Source of the DNA: Eledone cirrhosa
Lineage: Eukaryota
Reading direction: 5' to 3'
Assembly: GCA_964016885.1 (NCBI GenBank)
Contig: OZ024743.1
Span: 183,148,001 to 183,212,000, forward strand
Length of the DNA: 64,000 nt
Below the pieces are notes generated by a model. It made no database searches. It was not told the DNA's origin and saw only the letters and a list, made by a program, of their open reading frames with translations. Positions 1 to 18,041 of the stretch are shown one piece after another; within the stretch, counting starts at the first letter, position 1; every line of letters begins with the position of its first letter. The translations under genes were made by a program, and so were the position numbers.

Positions 1-3000
1 TATAGACATATAATATATATGGTATAGACATATAATATATATGGTATAGACATATAATATATATGGTATAGACATATAATATATATGGTATAGACATATA
101 ATATATATGGTATAGACATATAATATATATGGTATAGACATATAATATATATGGTATAGACATATAATATATATGGTATAGACATATAATATATATGGTA
201 TAGACATATAATATATATGGTATAGACATATAATATATATGGTATAGACATATAATATATATGGTATAGACATATAATATATATGGTATAGACATATAAT
301 ATATATGGTATAGACACATTATATATATGGTATAGACACATTATATATATGGTATAGACATATAATGTATATGGTATAGACATATAATATATATGGTATA
401 GACATATAATATATATGGTATAGACATATAATATATATGGTATAGACATATAATATATATGGTATAGACATATAATATATATGGTATAGACATATAATGT
501 ATATAGTATAGACATGTAATATATATGGTATTGACATATAATATATATGGTATAGACATATAATATATATAGTATAGACATATAATATATATGGTATAGA
601 CATATAATATATATGGTATAGACATATAATATATATGGTATAGACATATAATATATATGGTATAGACATATAATATATATGGTATAGACATATAATATAT
701 ATTGTATAGTCATATAATATATATGGTATAGACATATAATATATATGGTATAGACATATAATATATATGGTATAGACATATAATATATATAGTATAGACA
801 TATAATGTATATGGTATAGACATATAATATATATGGTATAGACATATAATATATATGGTATAGACACATTATATATATATGGTATAGACATATAATATAT
901 ATGGTATAGACATATAATGTATATAATATAGACATATAATATATATGGTATAGACATATAATATATATGGTATAGACATATAATATATATGGTATAGACA
1001 TATAATATATATGGTATAGTCATATAATATATATGGTATAGACATATAATATATATGGTATAGACATATAATATATATGGTATAGACATATAATATATAT
1101 AGTATAGACATATAATGTATATGGTATAGACATATAATATATATGGTATAGACATATAATATATATGGTATAGACATATAATATATATGGTATAGACACA
1201 TTATATATATATGGTATAGACATATAATATATATGGTATAGACATATAATGTATATAGTATAGACATATAATATATATGGTATAGACACATTATATATAT
1301 GGTATAGACATATAATATATATGGTATAGACATATAATATATATGCTATAGACATATAATATATATGGTATAGACATATAATATATATGGTATAGACATA
1401 TAATATATATGGTATAGACATATAATATATATGGTATAGACATATAATATATATGGTATAGACATATAATATATATAGTATAGACATATAATATATATGG
1501 TATAGACATACAATATATATGGTATAGACATATAATATATATGGTATAGACATATAATATATATGGTATAGACATATAATATATATGGTATAGACATATA
1601 ATATATATGGTTTAGACATATAATATATATGGTATAGACATATAATATATATGGTATAGACATATAATATATATGGTATAGACATATAATATATATGGTA
1701 TAGACATATAATATATATGGTATAGACATATAATATATATGGTATAGACATGTAATATATATGGTATTGACATATAATATATATGGTATAGACATATAAT
1801 GTATATAGTATAGACATGTAATATATATGGTATAGACATATAATGTATATAGTATAGACATATAATGTATATAGTATAGACATATAATATATATGGTATA
1901 GACATATAATATATATGGTATAGACATATAATGTATATAGTATAGACATATAATGTATATAGTATAGACATATAATGTATATAGTATAGACATATAATGT
2001 ATATAGTATAGACATATAATATATATAGTATAGACATATCATGTATATAGTATAGACATATAATGTATATAGTATAGACATATAATATATATGGTATAGA
2101 CATATAATGTATATGGTATAGACATATAATATATATGGTATAGACATATAATATATATAGTATAGACACATAATATATATGGTATAGACATATAATATAT
2201 ATGGTATAGACATAATATATATGGTATAGACATATAATGTATATGGTATAGACATATAATATATATAGTATAGACATATAATATATATAGTATAGACATA
2301 TAATATATATAGTATAGACATATAATGTATATGGTATAGACATGTAATATATATGGTATAGACATATAATATATATAGTATAGACATATAATATATATGG
2401 TATAGACATATAATATATATGGTATAGACATATAATATATATGGTATAGACATATAATATATATGGTATAGACATATAATATATATGGTATAGACATATA
2501 ATGTATATAGTATAGACATATAATGTATATGGTATAGACATATAATATATATAGTATAGACATATAATGTATATAATATAGACATATAATGTATATAGTA
2601 TAGACATATAATATATATAGTATAGACATATAATGTATATAGTTTAGACATATAATATATATAGTATAGACATATAATATGTATATAGTATAAACATATA
2701 ATGTATATAGTATAGACATGTAATGTATATAGTATAGACATATATATATGGTATAGACATATAATATATATGGTATAGACATATAATGTATATAGTATAG
2801 ACATATAATATATATGGTATAGACATATAATATATATGGTATAGACATATAATATATATGGTATAGACATATAATATATATGGTATAGACATGTAATATA
2901 TATGGTATAGACATATAATATATATGGTATAGACATATAATGTATATAGTATAGACATATAATATATATGGTATAGACATATAATATATATGGTATAGAC

Positions 3001-3158
3001 ATATAATATATATGGTATAGACATATCATGTATATGGTATAGACATATAATGTATATAGTATAGACATATAATATATATGGTATGGACATATAATGTATA
3101 TGGTATGGACATATAATATATATGGTATAGACATGTAATATATATAGTATAGACATAT

Positions 3159-3340
3159 AATTGTTTCTACTTTTGGCACAAGGCTAGCAATTACCCAGTG
3201 CATTACTGGTACTTTATTTTATCGACCCCGTAAGGATGAAAGGCAAAGTCAACCTCGGCGGTATTTCAACTCAGATCGTAAAAGGGACGTAACTATGCTG
3301 GAAAGCATGGCGTCCAACCCTCTACCGATACTGCCAATCC
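3159..3340 (-). mobile_element. tRNA-derived SINE, array type A (copy 1)
   Basis: Minus strand has A-box-like TGGCAGTATCGG, B-box-like GAGTTGAAATAC (mutated), core GCCTTTCATCCTTACGGGGTCGATAAAATAAAGTACCAG and 3' end AGAAACAATT. Homologous to the dispersed copies at 47.5-48.2 kb. Confidence 0.9.
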
Positions 3341-4686
3341 AGACATAATATATATGGCATAGACATATAATATATATGGTATAGACATATAATGTATATG
3401 GTATAGACATATAATATATATGGTATAGACATATAATATATATGGTGTAGACGTATAATATATATAGTATAGACATATAATATATATGGTATAGACATAT
3501 AATATATATAGTATAGACATATAATATATATGGTATAGACATGTAATATATATAGTATAGACATATAATATATATAGTATAGACATATAATGTATATAGT
3601 ATAGACATATAATGTATATAGTATAGACATATAATGTATATGGTATGGACATATAATATATATGGTATAGACATATAATATATATGGTATAGACATATAA
3701 TATATATGGTATAGGCATATAATATATATGGTATAGACATAATATATATGGTATAGACATATAATATATATAGTATAGACATATAATATATATGGTATAG
3801 ACATGTAATATATATGATATAGACATATAATATATATGGTATAGACATATAATGTATATAGTATAGACATATAATGTATATGGTATAGACATATAATATA
3901 TATGGTATAGACATATAATATATATAGTATAGACATATAATGTATATAGTATAGACATATAATATATATAGTATAGACATATAATGTATATAGTAAAGAC
4001 ATATAATGTATATAGTATAGACATATAATGTATATGGTATAGACATATAATGTATATGGTATAGACATATAATATATATGGTATGGACATATAATATATA
4101 TGGTATAGACATATAATATATATAGTATAGACATATAATATATATAGTATAGACATATAATATATATGGTATGGACATACAATATATATGGTATAGACAT
4201 ATAATATATATAGTATAGACATATAATATATATGGTATAGACATGTAATATATATGGTATAGACATATAATATATATGGTATAGACATATAATATATATG
4301 GTGTAGACGTATAATATATATGGTATAGACATATAATATATATGGTATAGACATATAATATATATAGTATAGACATGTAATATATATGGTATAGACATAT
4401 AATGTATATAGTATAGACATATAATATATATGGTATAGACATATAATATATATGGTATAGACATATAATATATATGGTATAGACATATAATATATATGGT
4501 ATAGACATGTAATATATATGGTATAGACATATAATGTATATAGTATAGACATATAATATATATGGTATAGACATATAATATATATGGTATAGACATATAA
4601 TGTATATAGTATAGACATATAATGTATATAGTATAGACATATAATGTATATAGTATAGACATATAATATATATGGTATAGACATAT

Positions 4687-4875
4687 AATTGTTTCTACTT
4701 TTTGGCACAAGGCCAGCAATTACCCAGTGCATTACTGGTACTTTATTTTATCGACCCCGTAAGGATGAAAGGCAAAGTTAACCTCGGCGGGATTTGAACT
4801 CAGAATGGCAAAGACCGTAACTCTATGCGTCAAAGCATGGCGTCCGACCCTCTACCGATACTGCCAATCCATCGC
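4687..4875 (-). mobile_element. tRNA-derived SINE, array type B (copy 1)
   Basis: A box TGGCAGTATCGG and B box GAGTTCAAATCC on the minus strand. Type-B diagnostic cagaatggcaaagaccgtaactctatgcgtc. Confidence 0.9.
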
Positions 4876-7800
4876 ATATATGGTATAGATATATAATATA
4901 TATAGTATAGACATATAATATATATAGTATAGACATATAATATATATGGTATAGACATATAATGTATATAGTATAGACTTATAATATATATGGTATAGAC
5001 ATATAATATATATGGTATAGACATATAATGTATATAGTATAGACATATAATATATATGGTATAGACATATAATGTATATAGTATAGACATATAATATATA
5101 TGGTATAGACATGTAATATATATGGTATAGACATGTAATATATATGGTATAGACATATAATATATATGGTATAGACATATAATATATATGGTATAGACAT
5201 ATAATATATATGGTATAGACATATAATATATATGGTATAGACATATAATATATATGGTATAGACATATAATATATATGGTATAGACATATAATATATATG
5301 GTATAGACATATAATATATATGGTATAGACATATAATATATATGGTATAGACATATAATATATATGGTATAGACATATAATATATATGGTATAGACATAT
5401 AATATATATGGTATAGACATATAATATATATGGTATAGACATATAATATATATGGTATAGACATATAATATATATGGTATAGACACATTATATATATGGT
5501 ATAGACACATTATATATATGGTATAGACATATAATGTATATGGTATAGACATATAATATATATGGTATAGACATATAATATATATGGTATAGACATATAA
5601 TATATATGGTATAGACATATAATATATATGGTATAGACATATAATATATATGGTATAGACATATAATGTATATAGTATAGACATGTAATATATATGGTAT
5701 TGACATATAATATATATGGTATAGACATATAATATATATAGTATAGACATATAATATATATGGTATAGACATATAATATATATGGTATAGACATATAATA
5801 TATATGGTATAGACATATAATATATATGGTATAGACATATAATATATATGGTATAGACATATAATATATATTGTATAGTCATATAATATATATGGTATAG
5901 ACATATAATATATATGGTATAGACATATAATATATATGGTATAGACATATAATATATATAGTATAGACATATAATGTATATGGTATAGACATATAATATA
6001 TATGGTATAGACATATAATATATATGGTATAGACACATTATATATATATGGTATAGACATATAATATATATGGTATAGACATATAATGTATATAATATAG
6101 ACATATAATATATATGGTATAGACATATAATATATATGGTATAGACATATAATATATATGGTATAGACATATAATATATATGGTATAGTCATATAATATA
6201 TATGGTATAGACATATAATATATATGGTATAGACATATAATATATATGGTATAGACATATAATATATATAGTATAGACATATAATGTATATGGTATAGAC
6301 ATATAATATATATGGTATAGACATATAATATATATGGTATAGACATATAATATATATGGTATAGACACATTATATATATATGGTATAGACATATAATATA
6401 TATGGTATAGACATATAATGTATATAGTATAGACATATAATATATATGGTATAGACACATTATATATATGGTATAGACATATAATATATATGGTATAGAC
6501 ATATAATATATATGCTATAGACATATAATATATATGGTATAGACATATAATATATATGGTATAGACATATAATATATATGGTATAGACATATAATATATA
6601 TGGTATAGACATATAATATATATGGTATAGACATATAATATATATAGTATAGACATATAATATATATGGTATAGACATACAATATATATGGTATAGACAT
6701 ATAATATATATGGTATAGACATATAATATATATGGTATAGACATATAATATATATGGTATAGACATATAATATATATGGTTTAGACATATAATATATATG
6801 GTATAGACATATAATATATATGGTATAGACATATAATATATATGGTATAGACATATAATATATATGGTATAGACATATAATATATATGGTATAGACATAT
6901 AATATATATGGTATAGACATGTAATATATATGGTATTGACATATAATATATATGGTATAGACATATAATGTATATAGTATAGACATGTAATATATATGGT
7001 ATAGACATATAATGTATATAGTATAGACATATAATGTATATAGTATAGACATATAATATATATGGTATAGACATATAATATATATGGTATAGACATATAA
7101 TGTATATAGTATAGACATATAATGTATATAGTATAGACATATAATGTATATAGTATAGACATATAATGTATATAGTATAGACATATAATATATATAGTAT
7201 AGACATATCATGTATATAGTATAGACATATAATGTATATAGTATAGACATATAATATATATGGTATAGACATATAATGTATATGGTATAGACATATAATA
7301 TATATGGTATAGACATATAATATATATAGTATAGACACATAATATATATGGTATAGACATATAATATATATGGTATAGACATAATATATATGGTATAGAC
7401 ATATAATGTATATGGTATAGACATATAATATATATAGTATAGACATATAATATATATAGTATAGACATATAATATATATAGTATAGACATATAATGTATA
7501 TGGTATAGACATGTAATATATATGGTATAGACATATAATATATATAGTATAGACATATAATATATATGGTATAGACATATAATATATATGGTATAGACAT
7601 ATAATATATATGGTATAGACATATAATATATATGGTATAGACATATAATATATATGGTATAGACATATAATGTATATAGTATAGACATATAATGTATATG
7701 GTATAGACATATAATATATATAGTATAGACATATAATGTATATAATATAGACATATAATGTATATAGTATAGACATATAATATATATAGTATAGACATAT

Positions 7801-8327
7801 AATGTATATAGTTTAGACATATAATATATATAGTATAGACATATAATATGTATATAGTATAAACATATAATGTATATAGTATAGACATGTAATGTATATA
7901 GTATAGACATATATATATGGTATAGACATATAATATATATGGTATAGACATATAATGTATATAGTATAGACATATAATATATATGGTATAGACATATAAT
8001 ATATATGGTATAGACATATAATATATATGGTATAGACATATAATATATATGGTATAGACATGTAATATATATGGTATAGACATATAATATATATGGTATA
8101 GACATATAATGTATATAGTATAGACATATAATATATATGGTATAGACATATAATATATATGGTATAGACATATAATATATATGGTATAGACATATCATGT
8201 ATATGGTATAGACATATAATGTATATAGTATAGACATATAATATATATGGTATGGACATATAATGTATATGGTATGGACATATAATATATATGGTATAGA
8301 CATGTAATATATATAGTATAGACATAT

Positions 8328-8509
8328 AATTGTTTCTACTTTTGGCACAAGGCTAGCAATTACCCAGTGCATTACTGGTACTTTATTTTATCGACCCCGT
8401 AAGGATGAAAGGCAAAGTCAACCTCGGCGGTATTTCAACTCAGATCGTAAAAGGGACGTAACTATGCTGGAAAGCATGGCGTCCAACCCTCTACCGATAC
8501 TGCCAATCC
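8328..8509 (-). mobile_element. SINE type A (copy 2)
   Basis: Identical to 3159-3340 at offset 5169. Confidence 0.9.
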
Positions 8510-9855
8510 AGACATAATATATATGGCATAGACATATAATATATATGGTATAGACATATAATGTATATGGTATAGACATATAATATATATGGTATAGACA
8601 TATAATATATATGGTGTAGACGTATAATATATATAGTATAGACATATAATATATATGGTATAGACATATAATATATATAGTATAGACATATAATATATAT
8701 GGTATAGACATGTAATATATATAGTATAGACATATAATATATATAGTATAGACATATAATGTATATAGTATAGACATATAATGTATATAGTATAGACATA
8801 TAATGTATATGGTATGGACATATAATATATATGGTATAGACATATAATATATATGGTATAGACATATAATATATATGGTATAGGCATATAATATATATGG
8901 TATAGACATAATATATATGGTATAGACATATAATATATATAGTATAGACATATAATATATATGGTATAGACATGTAATATATATGATATAGACATATAAT
9001 ATATATGGTATAGACATATAATGTATATAGTATAGACATATAATGTATATGGTATAGACATATAATATATATGGTATAGACATATAATATATATAGTATA
9101 GACATATAATGTATATAGTATAGACATATAATATATATAGTATAGACATATAATGTATATAGTAAAGACATATAATGTATATAGTATAGACATATAATGT
9201 ATATGGTATAGACATATAATGTATATGGTATAGACATATAATATATATGGTATGGACATATAATATATATGGTATAGACATATAATATATATAGTATAGA
9301 CATATAATATATATAGTATAGACATATAATATATATGGTATGGACATACAATATATATGGTATAGACATATAATATATATAGTATAGACATATAATATAT
9401 ATGGTATAGACATGTAATATATATGGTATAGACATATAATATATATGGTATAGACATATAATATATATGGTGTAGACGTATAATATATATGGTATAGACA
9501 TATAATATATATGGTATAGACATATAATATATATAGTATAGACATGTAATATATATGGTATAGACATATAATGTATATAGTATAGACATATAATATATAT
9601 GGTATAGACATATAATATATATGGTATAGACATATAATATATATGGTATAGACATATAATATATATGGTATAGACATGTAATATATATGGTATAGACATA
9701 TAATGTATATAGTATAGACATATAATATATATGGTATAGACATATAATATATATGGTATAGACATATAATGTATATAGTATAGACATATAATGTATATAG
9801 TATAGACATATAATGTATATAGTATAGACATATAATATATATGGTATAGACATAT

Positions 9856-10044
9856 AATTGTTTCTACTTTTTGGCACAAGGCCAGCAATTACCCAGTGCA
9901 TTACTGGTACTTTATTTTATCGACCCCGTAAGGATGAAAGGCAAAGTTAACCTCGGCGGGATTTGAACTCAGAATGGCAAAGACCGTAACTCTATGCGTC
10001 AAAGCATGGCGTCCGACCCTCTACCGATACTGCCAATCCATCGC
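9856..10044 (-). mobile_element. SINE type B (copy 2)
   Basis: Identical to 4687-4875 at offset 5169. Confidence 0.9.
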
Positions 10045-13000
10045 ATATATGGTATAGATATATAATATATATAGTATAGACATATAATATATATAGTATA
10101 GACATATAATATATATGGTATAGACATATAATGTATATAGTATAGACTTATAATATATATGGTATAGACATATAATATATATGGTATAGACATATAATGT
10201 ATATAGTATAGACATATAATATATATGGTATAGACATATAATGTATATAGTATAGACATATAATATATATGGTATAGACATGTAATATATATGGTATAGA
10301 CATGTAATATATATGGTATAGACATATAATATATATGGTATAGACATATAATATATATGGTATAGACATATAATGTATATAGTATAGACATATAATATAT
10401 ATGGTATTGACATATAATATATATGGTATAGACATATGATATATATAGTATAGACATGTAATGTATATAGTATAGACATATAATATATATGGTATAGACA
10501 TATAATATATATGGTATAGACATATAATATATATGGTATAGACATATAATATATATGGTATAGACATATAATGTATATGGTATAGACATAATATATATGG
10601 TATAGACATATAATATATATGGTATAGACACATTATATATATGGTATAGACATATAATATATATGGTATAGACATATAATGTATATAGTATAGACATATA
10701 ATGTATATAGTATATACATATAATATATATGGTATAGACATATAATATATATGGTATAGACATATAATATATATGGTATAGACATATAATATATATAGTA
10801 TAGACATATAATGTATATAATATAGACATATAATATATATGGTATAGACACATTATATATATGGTATAGACATATAATATATATGGTATAGACATATAAT
10901 ATATATGGTATAGACATATAATATATATGGTATAGACATATAATATATATGGTATAGACATATAATATATATGGTATAGACATATAATATATATGGTATA
11001 GACATATAATATATATGGTATAGACATATAATATATATGGTATAGACATATAATATATATGGTATAGACATATAATATATATGGTATAGACATATAATAT
11101 ATATGGTATAGACATATAATATATATGGTATAGGCATATAATGTATATAGTATAGACATATAATGTATATAGTATAGACATATAATGTATATAGTATAGA
11201 CATATAATATATATGGTATAGACATATAATATATATGGTATAGACATATAATATATATGGTATAGACATATAATATATATGGTATAGACACATTATATAT
11301 ATGGTATAGACATATAATGTATATGGTATAGACATATAATGTATATGGTATAGACATATAATATATATGGTATAGACATATAATGTATATGGTATAGACA
11401 TGTAATATATATAGTATAGACATATAATGTATATGGTATAGACATATAATATATATGGTATAGACATATAATATATATGGTATAGACATATAATATATAT
11501 GGTATAGACATATAATATATATGGTATAGACATATAATGTATATGGTATAGACATAATATATATGGTATAGACATATAATATATATGGTATAGACACATT
11601 ATATATATGGTATAGACATATAATATATATGGTATAGACATATAATGTATATAGTATAGACATATAATGTATATAGTATAGACATATAATGTATATAGTA
11701 TAGACATATAATGTATATAGTATATACATATAATATATATGGTATAGACATATAATATATATGGTATAGACATATAATATATATGGTATAGACATATAAT
11801 ATATATAGTATAGACATATAATGTATATAATATAGACATATAATATATATGGTATAGACATATAATATATATGGTTTAGACATATAATATATATGGTTTA
11901 GACATATAATATATATGGTATAGACATATAATATATATGGTATAGACATATAATATATATGGTATAGACATATAATATATATGGTATAGACATATAATAT
12001 ATATGGTATAGACATATAATATATATGGTATAGACATGTAATATGTATGGTATTGACATATAATATATATGGTATAGACATATAATGTATATAGTATAGA
12101 CATGTAATATATATGGTATAGACATATAATGTATATAGTATAGACATATAATGTATATAGTATAGACATATAATATATATGGTATAGACATATAATATAT
12201 ATGGTATAGACATATAATGTATATAGTATAGACATATAATGTATATAGTATAGACATATAATGTATATAGTATAGACATATAATGTATATAGTATAGACA
12301 TATAATATATATAGTATAGACATATCATGTATATAGTATAGACATATCATGTATATAGTATAGACATATAATATATATGGTATAGACATATAATGTATAT
12401 GGTATAGACATATAATATATATGGTATAGACATATAATATATATAGTATAGACACATAATATATATGGTATAGACATATAATATATATAGTATAGACATA
12501 ATATATATGGTATAGACATATAATGTATATGGTATAGACATATAATATATATAGTATAGACATATAATATATATAGTATAGACATGTTATATATATGCTA
12601 TAGACATATAATATATATAGTATAGACATATAATATATATGGTATAGACATATAATATATATGGTATAGACATATAATATATATGGTATAGACATATAAT
12701 ATATATGGTATAGACATATAATATATATGGTATAGACATATAATGTATATAGTATAGACACATAATGTATATGGTATAGACATATAATATATATAGTATA
12801 GACATATAATGTATATAGTATAGACATATAATGTATATAGTATAGACATATAATGTATATAGTATAGACATATAATGTATATAGTATAGACATATAATAT
12901 ATATAGTATAGACATATAATGTATATAGTTTAGACATATAATATATATAGTATAGACATATAATATGTATATAGTATAAACATATAATGTATATAGTATA

Positions 13001-15843
13001 GACATGTAATGTATATAGTATAGACATATAATATATATGGTATAGACATATAATATATATGGTATAGACATATAATGTATATAGTATAGACATATAATAT
13101 ATATGGTATAGACATATAATATATATAGTATAGACATATAATATATATGGTATAGACATATAATATATATGGTATAGACATATAATATATATGGTATAGA
13201 CATGTAATATATATGGTATAGACATGTAATATATATGGTATAGACATATAATATATATGGTATAGACATATAATATATATGGTATAGACATATAATGTAT
13301 ATAGTATAGACATATAATATATATGGTATAGACATATAATATATATGGTATAGACATATAATATATATGGTATAGACATATAATATATATGGTATAGACA
13401 TATAATATATATGGTATAGACATGTAATATATATGGTATAGACATGTAATATATATGGTATAGACATATAATATATATGGTATAGACATATAATATATAT
13501 GGTATAGACATATAATGTATATAGTATAGACATAATATATATGGTATTGACATATAATATATATATGGTATAGACATATAATATATATAGTATAGACATA
13601 TAATATATATGGTATAGACATATAATATATATGGTATAGACATATAATATATATGGTATAGACATATAATATATATGGTATAGACATATAATATATATGG
13701 TATAGACATATAATGTATATGGTATAGACATAATATATATGGTATAGACATATAATATATATGGTATAGACACATTATATATATGGTATAGACATATAAT
13801 ATATATGGTATAGACATATAATGTATATAGTATAGACATATAATGTATATAGTATAGACATATAATGTATATAGTATATACATATAATATATATGGTATA
13901 GACATATAATATATATGGTATAGACATATAATATATATGGTATAGACATATAATATATATAGTATAGACATATAATGTATATAATATAGACATATAATAT
14001 ATATGGTATAGACATATAATATATATGGTTTAGACATATAATATATATTGTTTAGACATATAATATATATGGTATAGACATATGATATATATGGTATAGA
14101 CATATAATATATATGGTATAGACATATAATATATATGGTATAGACATATAATATATATGGTATAGACATATAATATATATGGTATAGACATGTAATATAT
14201 ATGGTATTGACATATAATATATATGGTATAGACATATAATGTATATAGTATAGACATGTAATATATATGGTATAGACATATAATGTATATAGTATAGACA
14301 TATAATGTATATAGTATAGACATATAATATATATGGTATAGACATATAATATATATGGTATAGACATATAATGTATATAGTATAGACATATAATGTATAT
14401 AGTATAGACATATAATGTATATAGTATAGACATATAATGTATATAGTATAGACATATAATATATATAGTATAGACATATCATGTATATAGTATAGACATA
14501 TCATGTATATAGTATAGACATATAATATATATGGTATAGACATATAATATATATGGTATAGACATATAATGTATATGGTATAGACATATAATATATATGG
14601 TATAGACATATAATATATATAGTATAGACACATAATATATATGGTATAGACATATAATATATATAGTATAGACATAATATATATGGTATAGACATATAAT
14701 GTATATGGTATAGACATATAATATATATAGTATAGACATATAATATATATAGTATAGACATGTTATATATATGCTATAGACATATAATATATATAGTATA
14801 GACATATAATATATATGGTATAGACATATAATATATATGGTATAGACATATAATATATATGGTATAGACATATAATATATATGGTATAGACATATAATAT
14901 ATATGGTATAGACATATAATGTATATAGTATAGACACATAATGTATATGGTATAGACATATACTATATATAGTATAGACATATAATGTATATAGTATAGA
15001 CATATAATGTATATAGTATAGACATATAATATATATAGTATAGACATATAATGTATATAGTTTAGACATATAATATATATAGTATAGACATATAATATGT
15101 ATATAGTATAAACATATAATGTATATAGTATAGACATGTAATGTATATAGTATAGACATATAATATATATGGTATAGACATATAATGTATATAGTATAGA
15201 CATATAATATATATGGTATAGACATATAATATATATGGTATAGACATATAATGTATATAGTATAGACATATAATATATATGGTATAGACATATAATATAT
15301 ATAGTATAGACATATAATATATATGGTATAGACATATAATATATATGGTATAGACATATAATATATATGGTATAGACATGTAATATATATGGTATAGACA
15401 TGTAATATATATGGTATAGACATGTAATATATATGGTATAGACATATAATATATATGGTATAGACATATAATATATATGGTATAGACATATAATATATAT
15501 GGTATAGACATATAATGTATATAGTATAGACATATAATATATATGGTATAGACATATAATATATATGGTATAGACATATAATGTATATAGTATAGACATA
15601 TAATATATATGGTATGGACATATAATGTATATGGTATAGACATATAATATATATGGTATGGACATATAATGTATATGGTATAGACATATAATGTATATGG
15701 TATAGACATATAATGTATATAGTATAGACATATAATATATATGGTATGGACATATAATGTATATGGTATGGACATATAATATATATGGTATGGACATATA
15801 ATATATATGGTATAGACATGTAATATATATAGTATAGACATAT

Positions 15844-16025
15844 AATTGTTTCTACTTTTGGCACAAGGCCAGCAATTACCCAGTGCATTACTGGTACTTT
15901 ATTTTATCGACCCCGTAAGGATGAAAGGCAAAGTCAACCTCGGCGGTATTTGAACTCAGATCGTAAAAGGGACGCAACTATGCTGGAAAGCATGGCGTCC
16001 AACCCTCTACCGATACTGCCAATCC
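15844..16025 (-). mobile_element. SINE type A (copy 3)
   Basis: Type-A diagnostic cagatcgtaaaagggac, with right-lineage alleles ggccagc, tttgaact and gacgcaact. Confidence 0.9.
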
Positions 16026-17853
16026 AGACATATAATATATATGGCATAGACATATAATATATATGGCATAGACATATAATATATATGGTATAGACATATA
16101 ATATATATGGTATAGACATATAATGTATATGGTATAGACATATAATGTATATGGTATAGACATATAATGTATATGGTATAGACATATAATATATATGGTA
16201 TAGACATGTAATATATATGGTATAGACATGTAATATATATGGTATAGACATGTAATATATATGGTATAGACATATAATATATATGGTATAGACATATAAT
16301 ATATATGGTATAGACATATAATATATATGGTATAGACATATAATATATATGGTATAGACATGTAATATATATGGTATAGACATATAATATATATAGTATA
16401 GACATATAATATATATGGTATAGACATATAATATATATGGTATAGACATATAATATATATGGTATAGACATAATATATATGGTATAGACATATAATATAT
16501 ATGGTATAGACATATAATATATATGGTATAGACATGTAATATATATGGTATAGACATAATATATATGGTATAGACATATAATATATATGGTATAGACATA
16601 TAATATATATAGTATAGACATATAATATATATGGTATAGACATATAATATATATGGTATAGACATATAATGTATATGGTATGGACATATAATATATATGG
16701 TATAGACATATAATATATATGGTATAGACATATAATATATATGGTATAGACATATAATATATATGGTATAGACATAATATATATGGTATAGACATATAAT
16801 ATATATAGTATAGACATATAATGTATATAGTATAGACATATAATATATATGGTATAGACATGTAATATATATGATATAGACATATAATATATATGGTATA
16901 GAAATATAATGTATATAGTATAGACATATAATGTATATGGTATAGACATATAATATATATGGTATAGACATATAATATATATAGTATAGACATATAATGT
17001 ATATGGTATAGACATATAATATATATGGTATAGACATATAATATATATGGTATAGACATATAATATATATAGTATAGACATATAATATATATAGTATAGA
17101 CATATAATGTATATAGTATAGACATATAATGTATATAGTATAGACATATAATGTATATAGTATAGACATATAATGTATATGGTATAGACATATAATATAT
17201 ATGGTATAGACATATAATATATATGGTATGGACATATAATATATATAGTATAGACATATAATATATATAGTATAGACATATAATATATATGGTATGGACA
17301 TACAATATATATGGTATAGACATATAATATATATAGTATAGACATGTAATATATATGGTATAGACATGTAATATATATGGTATAGACATATAATATATAT
17401 GGTATAGACATATAATATATATGGTATAGACATATAATATATATGGTATAGACATATAATATATATGGTATAGACATATAATATATATAGTATAGACATG
17501 TAATATATATGGTATAGACATGTAATATATATGGTATAGACATATAATGTATATAGTATAGACATATAATATATATGGTATAGACATATAATATATATGG
17601 TATAGACATATAATATATATGGTATAGACATGTAATATATATGGTATAGACATATAATGTATATAGTATAGACATATAATATATATGGTATAGACATATA
17701 ATATATATGGTATAGACATATAATGTATATAGTATAGACATATAATGTATATAGTATAGACATATAATGTATATAGTATAGACATATAATGTATATAGTA
17801 TAGACATATAATGTATATAGTATAGACATATAATATATATGGTATAGACATAT

Positions 17854-18041
17854 AATTGTTTCTACTTTTGGCACAAGGCCAGCAATTACCCAGTGCATTA
17901 CTGGTACTTTATTTTATCGACCCCGTAAGGATGAAAGGCAAAGTTAACCTCGGCGGGATTTGAACTCAGAATGGCAAAGACCGTAACTCTATGCGTCAAA
18001 GCATGGCGTCCGACCCTCTACCGATACTGCCAATCCATCGC
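17854..18041 (-). mobile_element. SINE type B (copy 3)
   Basis: Type-B diagnostics and the same junctions as other B copies. Confidence 0.9.
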
